Positions 1 to 10,634 are shown, counted from the stretch's first letter. The stretch is DNA of 64,000 bases from an uncultured bacterium (GCA_902761575.1 CACWKU010000002.1:5578-69577); one strand, 5' to 3'. A program made the numbers and translations. Notes: generated by a model from the letters alone, not told the origin.

Positions 1-1760
1 CCGCAGCCGCCGTCGCCTCCTCGAAGTGCCAGACGCCAACATAGTCGGTCCAGACGTCCTCGGGCTCCTCGGACGAAACCGTTCCGTTGCCGTAGTACAT
101 GAAGATTTTCGTGTTCTCGGCGGTCGATGCCAGCTTGACCCAGACGAGCGACTCGCCGTTTTCGTCCCAAGTGTCGACTTCGTGGGGAAGCGGGGCCCCG
201 TTTTCGTCGAAGAACATCAGGTCGCCGCCGTTCGGAAGTGTGAAATCGCCGTAGTCGAATCCGACGATGACCGACTCGTCCAGCCGCACGAGCGCGGGAA
301 CGCCGGACGGAATTCCGGCGAGGGCGTCGGTCGCGAGCGTGATTTCGACCGATTTCTTGAACGCGGACGGCTTCGGCACGGGACGCTTGAACGTATAGGT
401 CGCGGAGACGATGCCGCTCGGACCCTTGCCTGTTGCATAGGCGCGCGCCTTGATCGTCGTCGTGGCGTCGAGGACGATCGGGCTGGTGTATTCCGTGCCG
501 GAATCCGTCGGGACGGAGCCGTCGGTCGTGTAGTAGATCGTCGCCCCTTCCGTCGCGCACGAGAGCGTCACGCTCGCCGATGGATAGAACGTGGAGCCCG
601 GCGCCGGATCGAACGCGGGATCCGCAGCGCGCTCGCCGTACTCGTAGCAGCCCACGGCAGGCGGATTGGCGAACGCGACGTTGTCGAGGTCGACGCCGAT
701 GCCCGCGTAGGTCGCGCCCTCGCCGATCGCGGGCGAAGTCGCGGTCAGGTGGTAGTCGCCGTTCGCCGCGTCGACGAACCACGCCTCGCCGCTACCGGAG
801 ACACTCTGCGATTGGGTTCCAAGAGCGGCGGTCCCGTTCGCGAACAGGTTGTTGGAGAATTGAGCCGCGTAGCCCGACACGATTCGATTGTCACTGGGCA
901 GCGTGAGGTTCGGATCGGCGCCTTCGCTTCCCGAAACATTGTCCGCGAGAAGGCTGTTGACGAACGCGAAGCTGAATTTGTTGGCGGCATAATACTCCGC
1001 CGTGTACACGCCTCCGCCAGTGCCGGAAGATTCATTGCCCGCAATCGTCGAATTCCGAACGGTCAATAGATTATGATAGTTTCCGAAGCTCGCATAGATG
1101 CCGCCGCCATCCCCCGTCGCGTTGTTCCCGAAAACCATACTCGCGTCAATCGTGATTGCCCCGGACGGATTGTAGATGCCAATGCCGCCGCCATGGCAAT
1201 ACCCGTTCCTCGATCCTCCCTCGTTGGAATCGATGATCGAGTGATCGATTCTGCCTTTCCCTTCATAGAAGCTGACGGCAGCGCCATAGAGGTTGTTCGC
1301 AGTCGCGGTCCCTACGCCTGTTGCATTGCCGGAAACGCGGCACCAGGAGATCGTCCCGTTCTTGACATAGGCGCCCGCTCCAGACCCACTTGCCCAGGTG
1401 GCCGAGGTTCGTCCACCCGTCAGCGTCACGTGCGAGACCGTCGATCCGTCGTCGATCGTCACAACACGCGTGTTCGCGCCGGGCGTCGCCGTCTGCTTGA
1501 TGATCGTGCTGTCCCAGCCCTGGCCTTCGAGTGTGACGCCGTTCGTGACCATCAGCTGCGCGTCGATCTCGAACGTTCCCGCGGCGAGGGTGACGGTGCC
1601 GCCGGTCGACGCAGCCGCGTCGATCGCGGCCTGGATGGTCTGCCGCGTGTCGGCGGGAGTTGCCCCCGGCTCCGGCTGGATCGGATCGGCGGAAGCGAGG
1701 CCGGCTACGCAGGCGAGCGAGACGGCCATCCAATCGAGGATCGTGTGTTTGGGTTTCATA
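1..1760 (-). CDS. Secreted multidomain protein, 3' end beyond window. Signal peptide, right-handed beta-helix (Pmp-like, GCYE), chitobiase/beta-hexosaminidase C-like domain, DUF2341-like, LamG-like
   Basis: Reverse-strand reading from ATG (revcomp) at 1758-1760 gives MKPKHTILDWMAVSLACVAGLASA.. (signal peptide). It continues ..IQAAIDAAASTGGTVTLAAGTFEIDAQLMVTNGVTLEGQGWDSTIIKQ.. (beta-helix), ..PPAVGCYEY.., TIYYTTDGSVPTDS..IKARAY (chitobiase C-like), DYGDFTLPNGGDLMFFDENG..LVWVKL (DUF2341-like), YVGVWH. The reading frame runs open through position 1. Confidence 0.75.
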
Positions 1761-1890
1761 GTCGGCGACTCCATTCACGGGGTGGTTGTCACGGGACCTA
1801 TCATACCGCACGGCGGCCGTCTTGGAACTTATACGAAAGTACCATCCGCGGACTATACGCGGAAGCGCGTCCGGGCTTCGGGCAGACCTG

Positions 1891-4350
1891 GAGTCAGTCG
1901 ATGGAGAACACCGCTCGCGGCCTGGCCGCAGGCTGTCCGCCACTCCCTTCGCCGCCTCCGGGGCCGAGGCCCTCGCCGTCGGACACGCTGCCGTATTCGT
2001 AGCAGCCCATCGAGGGCGGATCGACGAAGGCGCTGCCCGCGAGGTCGAGGGCGACGCCGGTCGCCGTGCCGGCGCCTTTCGCGGGGGAATCCTGAGCAAT
2101 CGTGAAAATGCCCGCCGCGGCGTTCCCGAACTTGGGCTCGCCCGTCGCGCTGTGATCGCCGAGCTTGTCGGCCGGGACGTCGAAGAGGCAGTAGTCCACG
2201 CCGCCCGCGTAGCTCATGTCCACCGTCTTCTCCGCGGTGCCGGAGGCGTTGCCTGCGACGATGCAGTCAACCAGCGACGCTTTCTTGCCCGTGTCGTTCG
2301 CCGAATGGACTCCGCCGCCCGTTCCGCTCGCCCGGTTGCCGACGATGGTGGTGTTGCGCACCGTGCGGGCGTAGTTCTTGTAGAAGAGGTCCAGACCGAT
2401 GCCGCCGCCATTGCCGAACGCCCGGTTCCCGCAGACGAGGCACGCGTCGACGACGGCCTCGCCGCGGACCGTCTGGTCGCGGCACCCGATTCCGCCCCCG
2501 GCGCAGTAGGTGGCGCCCTTCATGCCCACCTGGTTCTGCACGACGGCACAGCGCTCGACGGTGCCCTTGTCGAGGAAGATCCCGCCGCCGAAGCACGAGT
2601 TCCCGGTGGCGCCGGCGAGGTTCTTGAGGACGCGGCACTCGACGAGGGAGCCGTCCGACAGATAGACGCCGCCGCCGTGATTGTATCCGCCGGACGTGAC
2701 GCCGCCCGTCAGCGTGACGCCGCGGAGGGTCGAGCCGCCGTCGAGGGTCGCGACGCGCTTGGTCGCCCGCTGCCGGATGGCCGTCGTCCGCCAGCCACTG
2801 CCGGCGACGGTGACGCCGCCGGTGATCGCCAGTTCCGCGTCGACGAGGTAGGTCCCTCCGGCGAGCGTCACGGTTCCGCCGGCGGCCGCCGCGGCGTCGA
2901 TCGCCGCCTGCAGGGCCGCCGTGTCGTCGTCTCCGCTGGGCTCGAGCGCGCCGGTCCCGGAGGCGGCGGTAGTGAAGCTGCCCTGCCGCCGGGTGCCGAG
3001 GCGGCCCGTCGCATTGTTGACGACGGACGCCGTCCAGTGGTAGGTGGTTCCCGGGGTCAGGCCCTTGATCCAGGCGACGAAGCGGTTGCGCTGCCCGGCG
3101 AGGACGATCCGCTCCGGCCCGAGGCTGTCCGCGTCGGTGCCGCAGGCGAAGGCGATGTCGCACGCGCTCGCCCCGGCGCCCGGCGAGGCGATCATGCCGG
3201 AGAGCGTGACGACCGTGGACGCGGGCTGGACGAAGAACTCCTCGAGGACGGGCGCGGCGGGGGCCGGCGCCGCGTAGGCGGCGCACTCGCGCACTCCGCG
3301 CAGGAGCGCGGACTTGCAGGCGTCGTCGAAGGTGCCGTCGATCCGATCCGCCGCATGCAGGAGCTTGTCGTAGCCCGCGAAGGAGACCGGGACGGAGGCC
3401 GCGAGCGCGATGGAGGCGCCAGCCGCCTCGGACTCGTTCGCGGGGTTCGCCGCAAGCGAGTCGATGCCCTGGCGGAAGACCTGCTTCGCGAAGGCGTCGA
3501 CGGAGAGTCCGCGGGCGGCGGCCGCCGACTCGAACGCCGCGTATTCGGCGGCGGAGAGCTTCACGGCGGCGGAGGGCTCGTCCGAATAGGTCTCCTTGAC
3601 GATCAGCGTCTCGTCCGCGTTCCAAGCCGCTTCCGCGGCGGACATCTCCGCGGCGTCGAGTCCGAACGCGGCGAGGACGGCGCGCGCCATCTGCCGATCG
3701 CCCGTCGGCGCCATGTGGACGCCGTCGACGGTCGCGGCGCGCCCGCCCATGTTGTATCCGGCCTGTTCGCTCAGGCGCGGATTGTCGATGTCGTTGATCC
3801 AGCCGCGCACGGCGTGGAAGGTGTCGGCATACGGAACGCCCTCGGCGGCGGCGATCTCCCTGACGCCGGCCGCGTACCGGCGGATTTCGCCGTTTTCCGC
3901 CTCGCCGGCCGCCGTGGTCGGCGAAAGAAGGACGGGAACGGCGCCGGCGGCCTTGGTCTTGGCGACCATCTGGAGCTCGTTGGCGTAGAACTTTTCATAC
4001 GTCGAGTTCGCGTCCTGGTACCAGACGTCGTTGACGCCCGCGCTGATGGTGACGACGTCGGGATCGTGCGCGAGGACGTCGGCGTCGAACCGCGCGAGCA
4101 TCGCGGCCGACTTGTCGCCCTTCACGCCCGCGCCGTACCAGGTCACGTCGATGCCGTTCGCGGCGAGGCCCCGGACGACGAGATTGACGTATCCGTGGCG
4201 ATTGGTCACGCCGTACCAGGTGATCGAGTCGCCCATGAAGACGAGCGTGTCGCCGGTCTTGACGACCTTCTCGCCGGCGACGGCGGCGAAGGGGGCGGCG
4301 ATGGCGGCTGCGCAGGCGAGCGCGGCAAGGAGCGGAGTCCGGGGTCTCAT
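1891..4350 (-). CDS. Secreted SGNH/GDSL hydrolase fused to Fn3-like and right-handed beta-helix domains. C-terminal tail ..PRAVFSID
   Basis: ORF 1894..4410(-). Likely start at MRPRTPLLAALACAAAIAAPFAA (ATG revcomp 4348-4350) with RBS GAAAGAACCTCCC. GDSIT SGNH motif, GTTYHWTASVVNNATG Fn3-like, beta-helix repeats, PPSMGCYEYG, ends RAVFSID. Confidence 0.8.
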
Positions 4351-4443
4351 GGGAGGTTCTTTCGATGGTTGTGGCAAGACGGCGCCCAGTCTACGCCAAA
4401 CGCCGCCCAACGACCATCACCCGGAAGTATACGTCCCGGCGCG

Positions 4444-7416
4444 CTATTCCGGGGCGCCGGAGCGCAGGAGCATGAAGCCGCGGTCGGCGTTCACGGGGAC
4501 GGGGACGAGGATCCGCGTGCCGTCCGCGCTGACGCCGAGGTCGGCCTTCTTGAGCGAGACGGGGGCCCAGTCCGCGGCCTTGGCATTGAGGTCGGCGTTG
4601 GTGCAGACCGCGATGCCGAGGACCGCGGTGCCGCCCTCGATCGCGAGCGTCGCGATCCCGGGCGCCTCGAGCTCGGTGGTCGAGACGAGCGCCATTCCGT
4701 CGGGAACGGCGGAGGAGAAGCCGCCGCGCAGCTCGCCCAGAGACAGGCGCACCGGCACCGCGTCGGGGAGCGACGCGAAGGCGTTCGCGCCGGGGACCAC
4801 GCCGTCGCCGATCTCGATGGCGGAGACCGCCGCCGGATCCCACGGCGCGTCGGACGCGGCCGCGAAGTCGTCCATCGCCCCGGAGCCCGAGAGGGTCAGG
4901 ACGCCGTCCGCGTCGAGCGTGGCGACGACCGAGTCGCCGACCTGCCACGATTCCGACGCGGACGAAACCGCCTTGAACACCCAGGTGTTCGGCCCGTCGG
5001 ACTGGAGCGTCAGCTCGGAGGAGTCGTAGACCTCGCCGGTGTAGAGCTCGCGGACCCGCTCCATGCCGGCCGGCAGGCTGATCCGGATCGTCGCGTTCGA
5101 CGCCGTGTGGAACATGAGGACGTCGCCGTGGCGGCGGACGCAATGCCCGATCGGCGCGATCGGCGTGGCCCCCATCCCGACGAGGAGGTCACGCCACACC
5201 GTCGGGTTGGTGACGTGGTACGGCATGTTGTTGATATCGCGCACCGTCGCCTGCGACGACGGGAGGCTGAACGGGCAGTGGAAGAGCCAGACCGACTTGA
5301 AGTCGGAGGCGGAGACGCGCTGCTGCAGCGCGGTCCGCATCTCGCCTTCCGGCGCGAAGACGTTGAGGAAGACGGCCTTGCGGTAGCGGCCCGCGGGCTG
5401 GGCGAGGAAGTCGTCGAGCGACATGAAGTCGAACGGCACGCCCGACGCGTAGAGGCCCGGCAGGGAGTGCGTGTAGACGAGGGCGTGCGTGAACGTCTCG
5501 ACGTTCGAGCACCGCAGGCGCTCGCGCCAGTCGGCGACGACGGCGACCTCGTTGCCGGAGTCCTCCGGCCGCGCGCCGATCTGCCCGAGGACGCGCTGCG
5601 TGTCGGCGATGGCCTGCAGGACGGGCGGCGTGTCCATCGAGAACGGCCGCTTGTCGATGTCGTGCTCGGGGTCGAGCATCTGGAGGCCGCATCCGTCGAA
5701 GTAGCGGTTGAGCCAGTTGCGGCGCGTGGTCATCGCCGACTCCCGGTCGCTGCGGGTGCAGATGTACTGGAGCTGGACGTAGTCGGAGACATGGTGGTGC
5801 CGCATGTCGTCCTCGAGCATGACGAGCTTGCCGTGGCGGTGGAAGGTCGCCGGAATCGTGCGGTGGTAGTAGGCGCCGCCCGCGAGCCGGCACTCCTCCG
5901 TGTAGTCGGCGGGATTGGACATGAAGTCGACGTCCGGCGAGGAGAGGACCCGGTCGATCATCACGTTCGCCGCCTCCGGCTGGTGGGTCGTCATGACGTA
6001 GCCGTAGTACATGCCGACGAGGCGCCCGGGGAGCTCGGTCTTGACGGTGTGCGCGACGTTCGTCATGAGGTCGGCGATCACGGTGGCCTGGCACTCGTAG
6101 AAGTCGATCACCTTCTGCTCGGTCGCATTGCTCGCGCGGTTCAGGAAGAAGCGGTCGTTGTCGTTCCTGCGCTCCGACATCGTCGGCGGGTCCTGGCCCG
6201 CGTACTTCCCGTTCTTCCATTGGCGGAACGCCTCGGTCATCCGAAGCCCCGTGTCCGGGCCCTCGTCCATCCCGTACATGTGCCACTCGGTATAGATGCC
6301 CCAGCAGGGGCGAACCGCGATGACGCGGTTGCCCCACGACTGCGCCTTGATGTAGGCGGCGAGCTGCGTCAGGAGGCTCTGCACCTCGGCGCAATAGGCG
6401 GCCGAGGCCGGCGAGGGCCGCGCGACGCGGTCCGTGCGCTCGTCGCCGTCGCTGACGATGTCGCCCCTGGCGTAGCCGATCCGCTCCTCCGGATGCGCCG
6501 CAAGCCACTTCGGCAGCTCCATGCGGATCAGCACCAGGATGCGCGCGTCGGGCGCCGCCTGGAGCAGCGCGGCGGCCTTGTCGCCGAGAGCGGTGAACTG
6601 GTACGAGCCGGCCGCCTTCTCGTATTCGGAGGGCCGCAGGTTGAGCTGGTTGATCGTGATTCCGAGATTCGCCATCTTCGCGACCGCCTGCTTGCAGTAG
6701 TCGCTGTCGACGCCGCTCTGGTTGAACACGGGCTCGACCAGCGTCCCGTTGAGCGAGATCTTCGGCATGCCGTTGGTGTAGACGATCCGCGCGTCGGGCG
6801 TGTCCCCCGCCAGCCGTGCGGCCCGGGCCGCGCGCTCCTCCTCCGTCGTGCAGTTGTTCACGTAGGGCGTGATGTCCCCGGCGATGGGCGTCCACGCGTC
6901 GCCGATCTCCGTCGCCGCGCGCCAGGAGGAATCGTCGAAGCTCGGATCGTGCCAGTCGCCCGCCGCGATGCCGTCCGCGACCTTGAAGGTCTGCGCGTCG
7001 CTGTTGACGACGACGTGGCGGCCGTCCGTGAGCTCGATGTCCCCGCGGAGGATGATCCCCGCCTTGCTCACGTGGTTCGTCGCGAGCATCGCGAGGACGT
7101 TGCGCCCCTGCTGCAGGCCGTTGCCGTCCACGATCGCGTTGCGCGAGAAGGACGTGCCGTTCATCCAGTACAGGGCGCCGTCGTCGACGTACACCTTGAT
7201 GGACGCCCGACGAACCGGCCCCGGCACGTCGAATGCCGCGCGGAACGAATAGGTCTCGTGCGACTGCGCCTCTGCCGCGCCCCAGATCCAGCGCGAGGCG
7301 GAATCGTATTCCGCGCGGGCGGCGGACGCCGCGACGACGAGCAGCGCGGCGGCCGCGAATGCGAGTCCCTTCGGCGGGAGGAAGGGCGCGGAGAGAGGCA
7401 TGCGACGGAAGGTCAT
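4444..7416 (-). CDS. Secreted putative glycoside hydrolase with galactose-binding-like N-terminal domain (GH2/GH35/GH42-like; family uncertain)
   Basis: ORF 4444..7482(-); start MTFRRMPLSAPF.. preceded by GAAAGGACCACCC RBS. Signal peptide AALLVVAASAARA. Motifs IKVYVDDGALYWMNGTSF and FDDSSWRAATEIGDAWTP resemble sugar-binding jelly-roll domains of beta-galactosidase-type enzymes. Long TIM-barrel-like middle region. Confidence 0.45.
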   Translation of the reverse strand: MTFRRMPLSAPFLPPKGLAFAAAALLVVAASAARAEYDSASRWIWGAAEAQSHETYSFRAAFDVPGPVRRASIKVYVDDGALYWMNGTSFSRNAIVDGNGLQQGRNVLAMLATNHVSKAGIILRGDIELTDGRHVVVNSDAQTFKVADGIAAGDWHDPSFDDSSWRAATEIGDAWTPIAGDITPYVNNCTTEEERAARAARLAGDTPDARIVYTNGMPKISLNGTLVEPVFNQSGVDSDYCKQAVAKMANLGITINQLNLRPSEYEKAAGSYQFTALGDKAAALLQAAPDARILVLIRMELPKWLAAHPEERIGYARGDIVSDGDERTDRVARPSPASAAYCAEVQSLLTQLAAYIKAQSWGNRVIAVRPCWGIYTEWHMYGMDEGPDTGLRMTEAFRQWKNGKYAGQDPPTMSERRNDNDRFFLNRASNATEQKVIDFYECQATVIADLMTNVAHTVKTELPGRLVGMYYGYVMTTHQPEAANVMIDRVLSSPDVDFMSNPADYTEECRLAGGAYYHRTIPATFHRHGKLVMLEDDMRHHHVSDYVQLQYICTRSDRESAMTTRRNWLNRYFDGCGLQMLDPEHDIDKRPFSMDTPPVLQAIADTQRVLGQIGARPEDSGNEVAVVADWRERLRCSNVETFTHALVYTHSLPGLYASGVPFDFMSLDDFLAQPAGRYRKAVFLNVFAPEGEMRTALQQRVSASDFKSVWLFHCPFSLPSSQATVRDINNMPYHVTNPTVWRDLLVGMGATPIAPIGHCVRRHGDVLMFHTASNATIRISLPAGMERVRELYTGEVYDSSELTLQSDGPNTWVFKAVSSASESWQVGDSVVATLDADGVLTLSGSGAMDDFAAASDAPWDPAAVSAIEIGDGVVPGANAFASLPDAVPVRLSLGELRGGFSSAVPDGMALVSTTELEAPGIATLAIEGGTAVLGIAVCTNADLNAKAADWAPVSLKKADLGVSADGTRILVPVPVNADRGFMLLRSGAPE

Positions 7417-7514
7417 GGGTGGTCCTTTCATGTGTTGGGGAAAGACGCCGGCGAGTCTAGAGGAACCGCGGTCCACGGACAATCACCCGAAGGTATACGC
7501 CCGCCGCATGCACC

Positions 7515-10013
7515 CTAGTCGTCCCAGACGCTGCTCCACGCCACGCGCGACCATTCGGTCTCGCGGGCGGAGAAGAAGTTCGGCAGGCCGGGCGGGGTCA
7601 TGCGGAGGTAGGACCAGTCCGGCATGTCCGGGAAGACGTGGTACTTGGACGACTTCTTCTTCTTGTACTGGTAGTTGCCGCCGAAGTTGACGTAGGAGTC
7701 CAGGTTCTCGCCGTCGTAGTTGAAGCCGCCCTCGGCGGTCGAGGACATCCGCCAGCGGTACTCCGGCTCCTGCACGTCGTACAGGCAGAGGACCGTCCCG
7801 TTGAAGTGGAGCTTGACCTGCTTCCAGTCCTCGATCCACCGGAAGACGTTCTCGAACCCGCCCGAGTAGTTGTTGTCCTGGTGGAAGTCCTGCGACTCCT
7901 CCACGGGGATGGAGGGGATGATCCCGAGCATGCAGACGGCGTTGACCGTCGTCTCGCTGGCCCGCCCGCGGAAGTAGTGGATCCCGCCGGCCTTGTCGGT
8001 GAAGGACGCCTCGCCGGGGGCCTGCTCCTCCTCCTCCATGTGGGACTGGATGATGCGCGTGATACCCCCTCCGACGCGATCGGAGAGCTGCGCGCCGTCC
8101 GTCTGGTCGATCTCCAGCTTCGCGGCGGCGGCGTTCCAGACGTAGTCGCCGCTGACGCCGAGGCAGACCGAGAAGTTGGGGTCGTAGTGGTGCTGCTGCC
8201 AGAAGTTGGAGAGCGTGGTGACCGTGTCGCCGGCGAGCATCGCGCTGGGGACGTCCTCGGTGGAGGCCGCGTCCCGGGCTCCCTTCCCGTTCGTGTTGAA
8301 GTTGCCCTCGACGTAGAGGTGGCGGGCCGTGACGATGCTGACGTCGCTGCCCTGCAGGTCGGCTCCGTTCCGGATGCGGACGCAGGGGATGGGCCTGATC
8401 CGGCCCGTGCCCCCGTCGGCGCGGTCCGTGCCCGTCTCCGCGTCGTAGCGGCCGACCGGAACGAAGGCCGGCTCGTCCACGTCGACGTAGATGATCTTGT
8501 CCGGCCCCTCGTCCCCGCCGGGCGCCGCGTCGAGGATGCGCCGGAGCGGGGAGTTCCTCCGCAGGATCTCGTCCAGGTAGAGGTCGACGGGCTTCATCAC
8601 CCACTGGATGCGCCGGTCCACGAAGTAGTTGTCCGTCTGGATCGCCCCGCCGTTCTGGCCCTCCGAGCCACGGTTCGCGAGGTTGTAGGCGCCGGTCGTC
8701 ACCGTGTCCTTGTCGTAGACGGTGCAGACGTGCGCCGTGGTCCTCCTCTTGGACCGGGTCCAGTTGTCCTCGAAGTTCAGCCCCGGATTCACGACGTCGC
8801 CGTAGGACTGCGAGCTGACGTTCGTCGAGGCGATGGCCGGGACGGCCCTCTTGAGCAGGTGGGTGATGTCCTCGCCGCGGGCGCCGTCGGAGCCGACCCC
8901 GCGGTAGAGACTGTAGTTGCCGTCGGCGTCGACGTGCAGGTAGAGCGCCGCCTTCCGCGCCAGCTTCTGGCTTTCGGCCTCGGCGTTGTAGTCGGAGTCC
9001 CAGCGGGTCTTCGGCGGCTCGATCAGGTAGTGGTTGTCCTTCTCGGCGCCGATCGGCGGGGTGAGCTTGGTGACGCCGTTGTCGCCCGTCTGCACGGCGT
9101 TGCCGTAGTAGAGGGACGACTGGGCGACCCATTCCGCGTCGCCGAGGCTGGAGTCGACGTAGCGGGTCCCGTCCCAGATCTTCTTCGCCTTCTTCTGCCG
9201 GTCCTTCTCCTCCGTCCCGAGCTCGGCGTCGTCCCCGAAGCGGACCGTCGCCATGCGGTAGGCCCCGCGCGACTGGCCGTTGAGCACGACGTCGTAGTTC
9301 ATGGACCAGTCCCCGGTCGACTTGTCCACGTTGATCGAGAGGCCCCCGTCGTTGAAGTCGTCGAGCCCGGTGTTCTTGCGCTGGTGGAGGAAGCGCCCGA
9401 CGCAGGTGAGGTTCCGGTTGAAGTTGGCGATCTTCGTGACGTACATGGAGCCGTTGGAGTGGACCTTCCCGGTGAACGTCTGGCCCGGGTTGCCGGGGTT
9501 GGCCTCGAAGTCCCCCTCGTAGAACGCGCCGTACTCCCCCAGGGAGGTCCCCTGCGCGAGGATTGTCTGCTTGAGCGCGCAGGACACGCCGGAGAGGCGG
9601 TTGCGCGCGCCGGCGTAGACGGTCACGTACTGCGACGCGGAGCTGACGGTGCTGGCGGGGCCGCCGGAGTCGGTGCCGTCGCCCAGGACGACCTTCACGC
9701 GGAGCTCGTACTCGCCCGCGTCGACCGGCGTCGCGGGGGCGGCGATCGTGGCGTACTTCTCCCGGATCCCGGCGATCTTCTCGTTGTTGATGATGGCCTG
9801 GACCCGCTTGACGCCGTAGGCGAGCCCCGACTCCGCCACGACGAACGCGCGCTGCACGTCGAGGGTCCGGCGCGCGAGGCGCATCGAGCGGACGGAGAAC
9901 CGCGTGACCAGCGCCACGACGAGGCAGGTCGTGAACACCAGCACGAGGACCGCGGGGAGGACCACGCCCGCGCTGCGGAGCGATCGGGTTCCGGGATGGC
10001 GGCGGGCGGTCAT
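7515..10013 (-). CDS. Large membrane-anchored hypothetical protein (N-terminal TM helix), last gene of pseudopilin-like cluster. Possible giant minor pseudopilin or secretion-associated protein
   Basis: ORF 7515..10298(-). Likely start MTARRHPGTRSLRSAGVVLPAVLVLVFTTCLVVALV (ATG revcomp 10011-10013), directly abutting the stop of the upstream pilin-like gene (TAG 10017-10019). No recognisable catalytic motif. Confidence 0.5.
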   Translation of the reverse strand: MTARRHPGTRSLRSAGVVLPAVLVLVFTTCLVVALVTRFSVRSMRLARRTLDVQRAFVVAESGLAYGVKRVQAIINNEKIAGIREKYATIAAPATPVDAGEYELRVKVVLGDGTDSGGPASTVSSASQYVTVYAGARNRLSGVSCALKQTILAQGTSLGEYGAFYEGDFEANPGNPGQTFTGKVHSNGSMYVTKIANFNRNLTCVGRFLHQRKNTGLDDFNDGGLSINVDKSTGDWSMNYDVVLNGQSRGAYRMATVRFGDDAELGTEEKDRQKKAKKIWDGTRYVDSSLGDAEWVAQSSLYYGNAVQTGDNGVTKLTPPIGAEKDNHYLIEPPKTRWDSDYNAEAESQKLARKAALYLHVDADGNYSLYRGVGSDGARGEDITHLLKRAVPAIASTNVSSQSYGDVVNPGLNFEDNWTRSKRRTTAHVCTVYDKDTVTTGAYNLANRGSEGQNGGAIQTDNYFVDRRIQWVMKPVDLYLDEILRRNSPLRRILDAAPGGDEGPDKIIYVDVDEPAFVPVGRYDAETGTDRADGGTGRIRPIPCVRIRNGADLQGSDVSIVTARHLYVEGNFNTNGKGARDAASTEDVPSAMLAGDTVTTLSNFWQQHHYDPNFSVCLGVSGDYVWNAAAAKLEIDQTDGAQLSDRVGGGITRIIQSHMEEEEQAPGEASFTDKAGGIHYFRGRASETTVNAVCMLGIIPSIPVEESQDFHQDNNYSGGFENVFRWIEDWKQVKLHFNGTVLCLYDVQEPEYRWRMSSTAEGGFNYDGENLDSYVNFGGNYQYKKKKSSKYHVFPDMPDWSYLRMTPPGLPNFFSARETEWSRVAWSSVWDD

Positions 10014-10015
10014 GG

Positions 10016-10621
10016 CTAGAGCTTCCTCTTGAGGTTGCGGCAGGCGCCGATGACGACGACGTCCATGCCCTGGCGCCCGGGGCCGGTCGTGTCGCGCTCG
10101 GCCGATCCGATCGCCGGATCGCCGACGTGGGCGGCGAGGGCGACGGAAACGCCCGTCACGAGGCGGAACATCGGGATGCCGCTGTCCGCCGGCCCGACCC
10201 ATTCGCAGAGCGTGCGGGCCGGATCGTTCCCCTTTCCGTTCCTGCGATGGACGATCCTCGACTCGCGGACGGTCGGGCCCTCCTCGTAGCCGATCCATTC
10301 GGCGGTGTCCTCCTCGTCGCCGCTCGCCGCGGCCTCGAGCGCGGATTCGTCCGAGTAGAGGCGGACGCCGCGGTTGTCCGCGTCGACGAGCAGGCAGAAG
10401 TTGGCCTCGACGAGGTCGACGAAGGCGGCCTGCAGGACGCGGGCCTGGTTGTTGAACTCGACCTGCGAGCGGAGCGCGCGGCCCGCGTTCGAGAGGAAGA
10501 GGTAGAGCGAAAGGACGGCCGCGACGATGATCGAGCCCGCCGCAGACGCGATCAGCACCTCGGCGAGCGTGAAGCCGGCGCGCCGGCGCGTCGCGGCGCG
10601 GAGGGAGGCCGTCGGTTCCAT
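10016..10621 (-). CDS. Prepilin-type N-terminal cleavage/methylation domain protein (pseudopilin-like)
   Basis: N-terminus MEPTASLRAATRRRAGFTLAEVLIASAAGSIIVAAVLSLYLF matches the type IV pilin / T2SS pseudopilin N-methylation motif G-F-T-L-x-E followed by a hydrophobic helix. Confidence 0.8.
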   Translation of the reverse strand: MEPTASLRAATRRRAGFTLAEVLIASAAGSIIVAAVLSLYLFLSNAGRALRSQVEFNNQARVLQAAFVDLVEANFCLLVDADNRGVRLYSDESALEAAASGDEEDTAEWIGYEEGPTVRESRIVHRRNGKGNDPARTLCEWVGPADSGIPMFRLVTGVSVALAAHVGDPAIGSAERDTTGPGRQGMDVVVIGACRNLKRKL

Positions 10622-10634
10622 TTCCGCCCCCTCC

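Noticed and set aside
1786-7518. 1910-aa + strand ORF, and similar very long ORFs (12666..17030 +, 13282..17349 -, 34279..39030 + upstream part, 53809..59043 -, 40577..44176 -, 7638..10019 +)
   Set aside because: Their translations are Arg/Gly/Pro/Ala-rich and low in complexity. They lie antisense or out of frame to genes with clear domain signatures, so they are typical high-GC open-frame artefacts.
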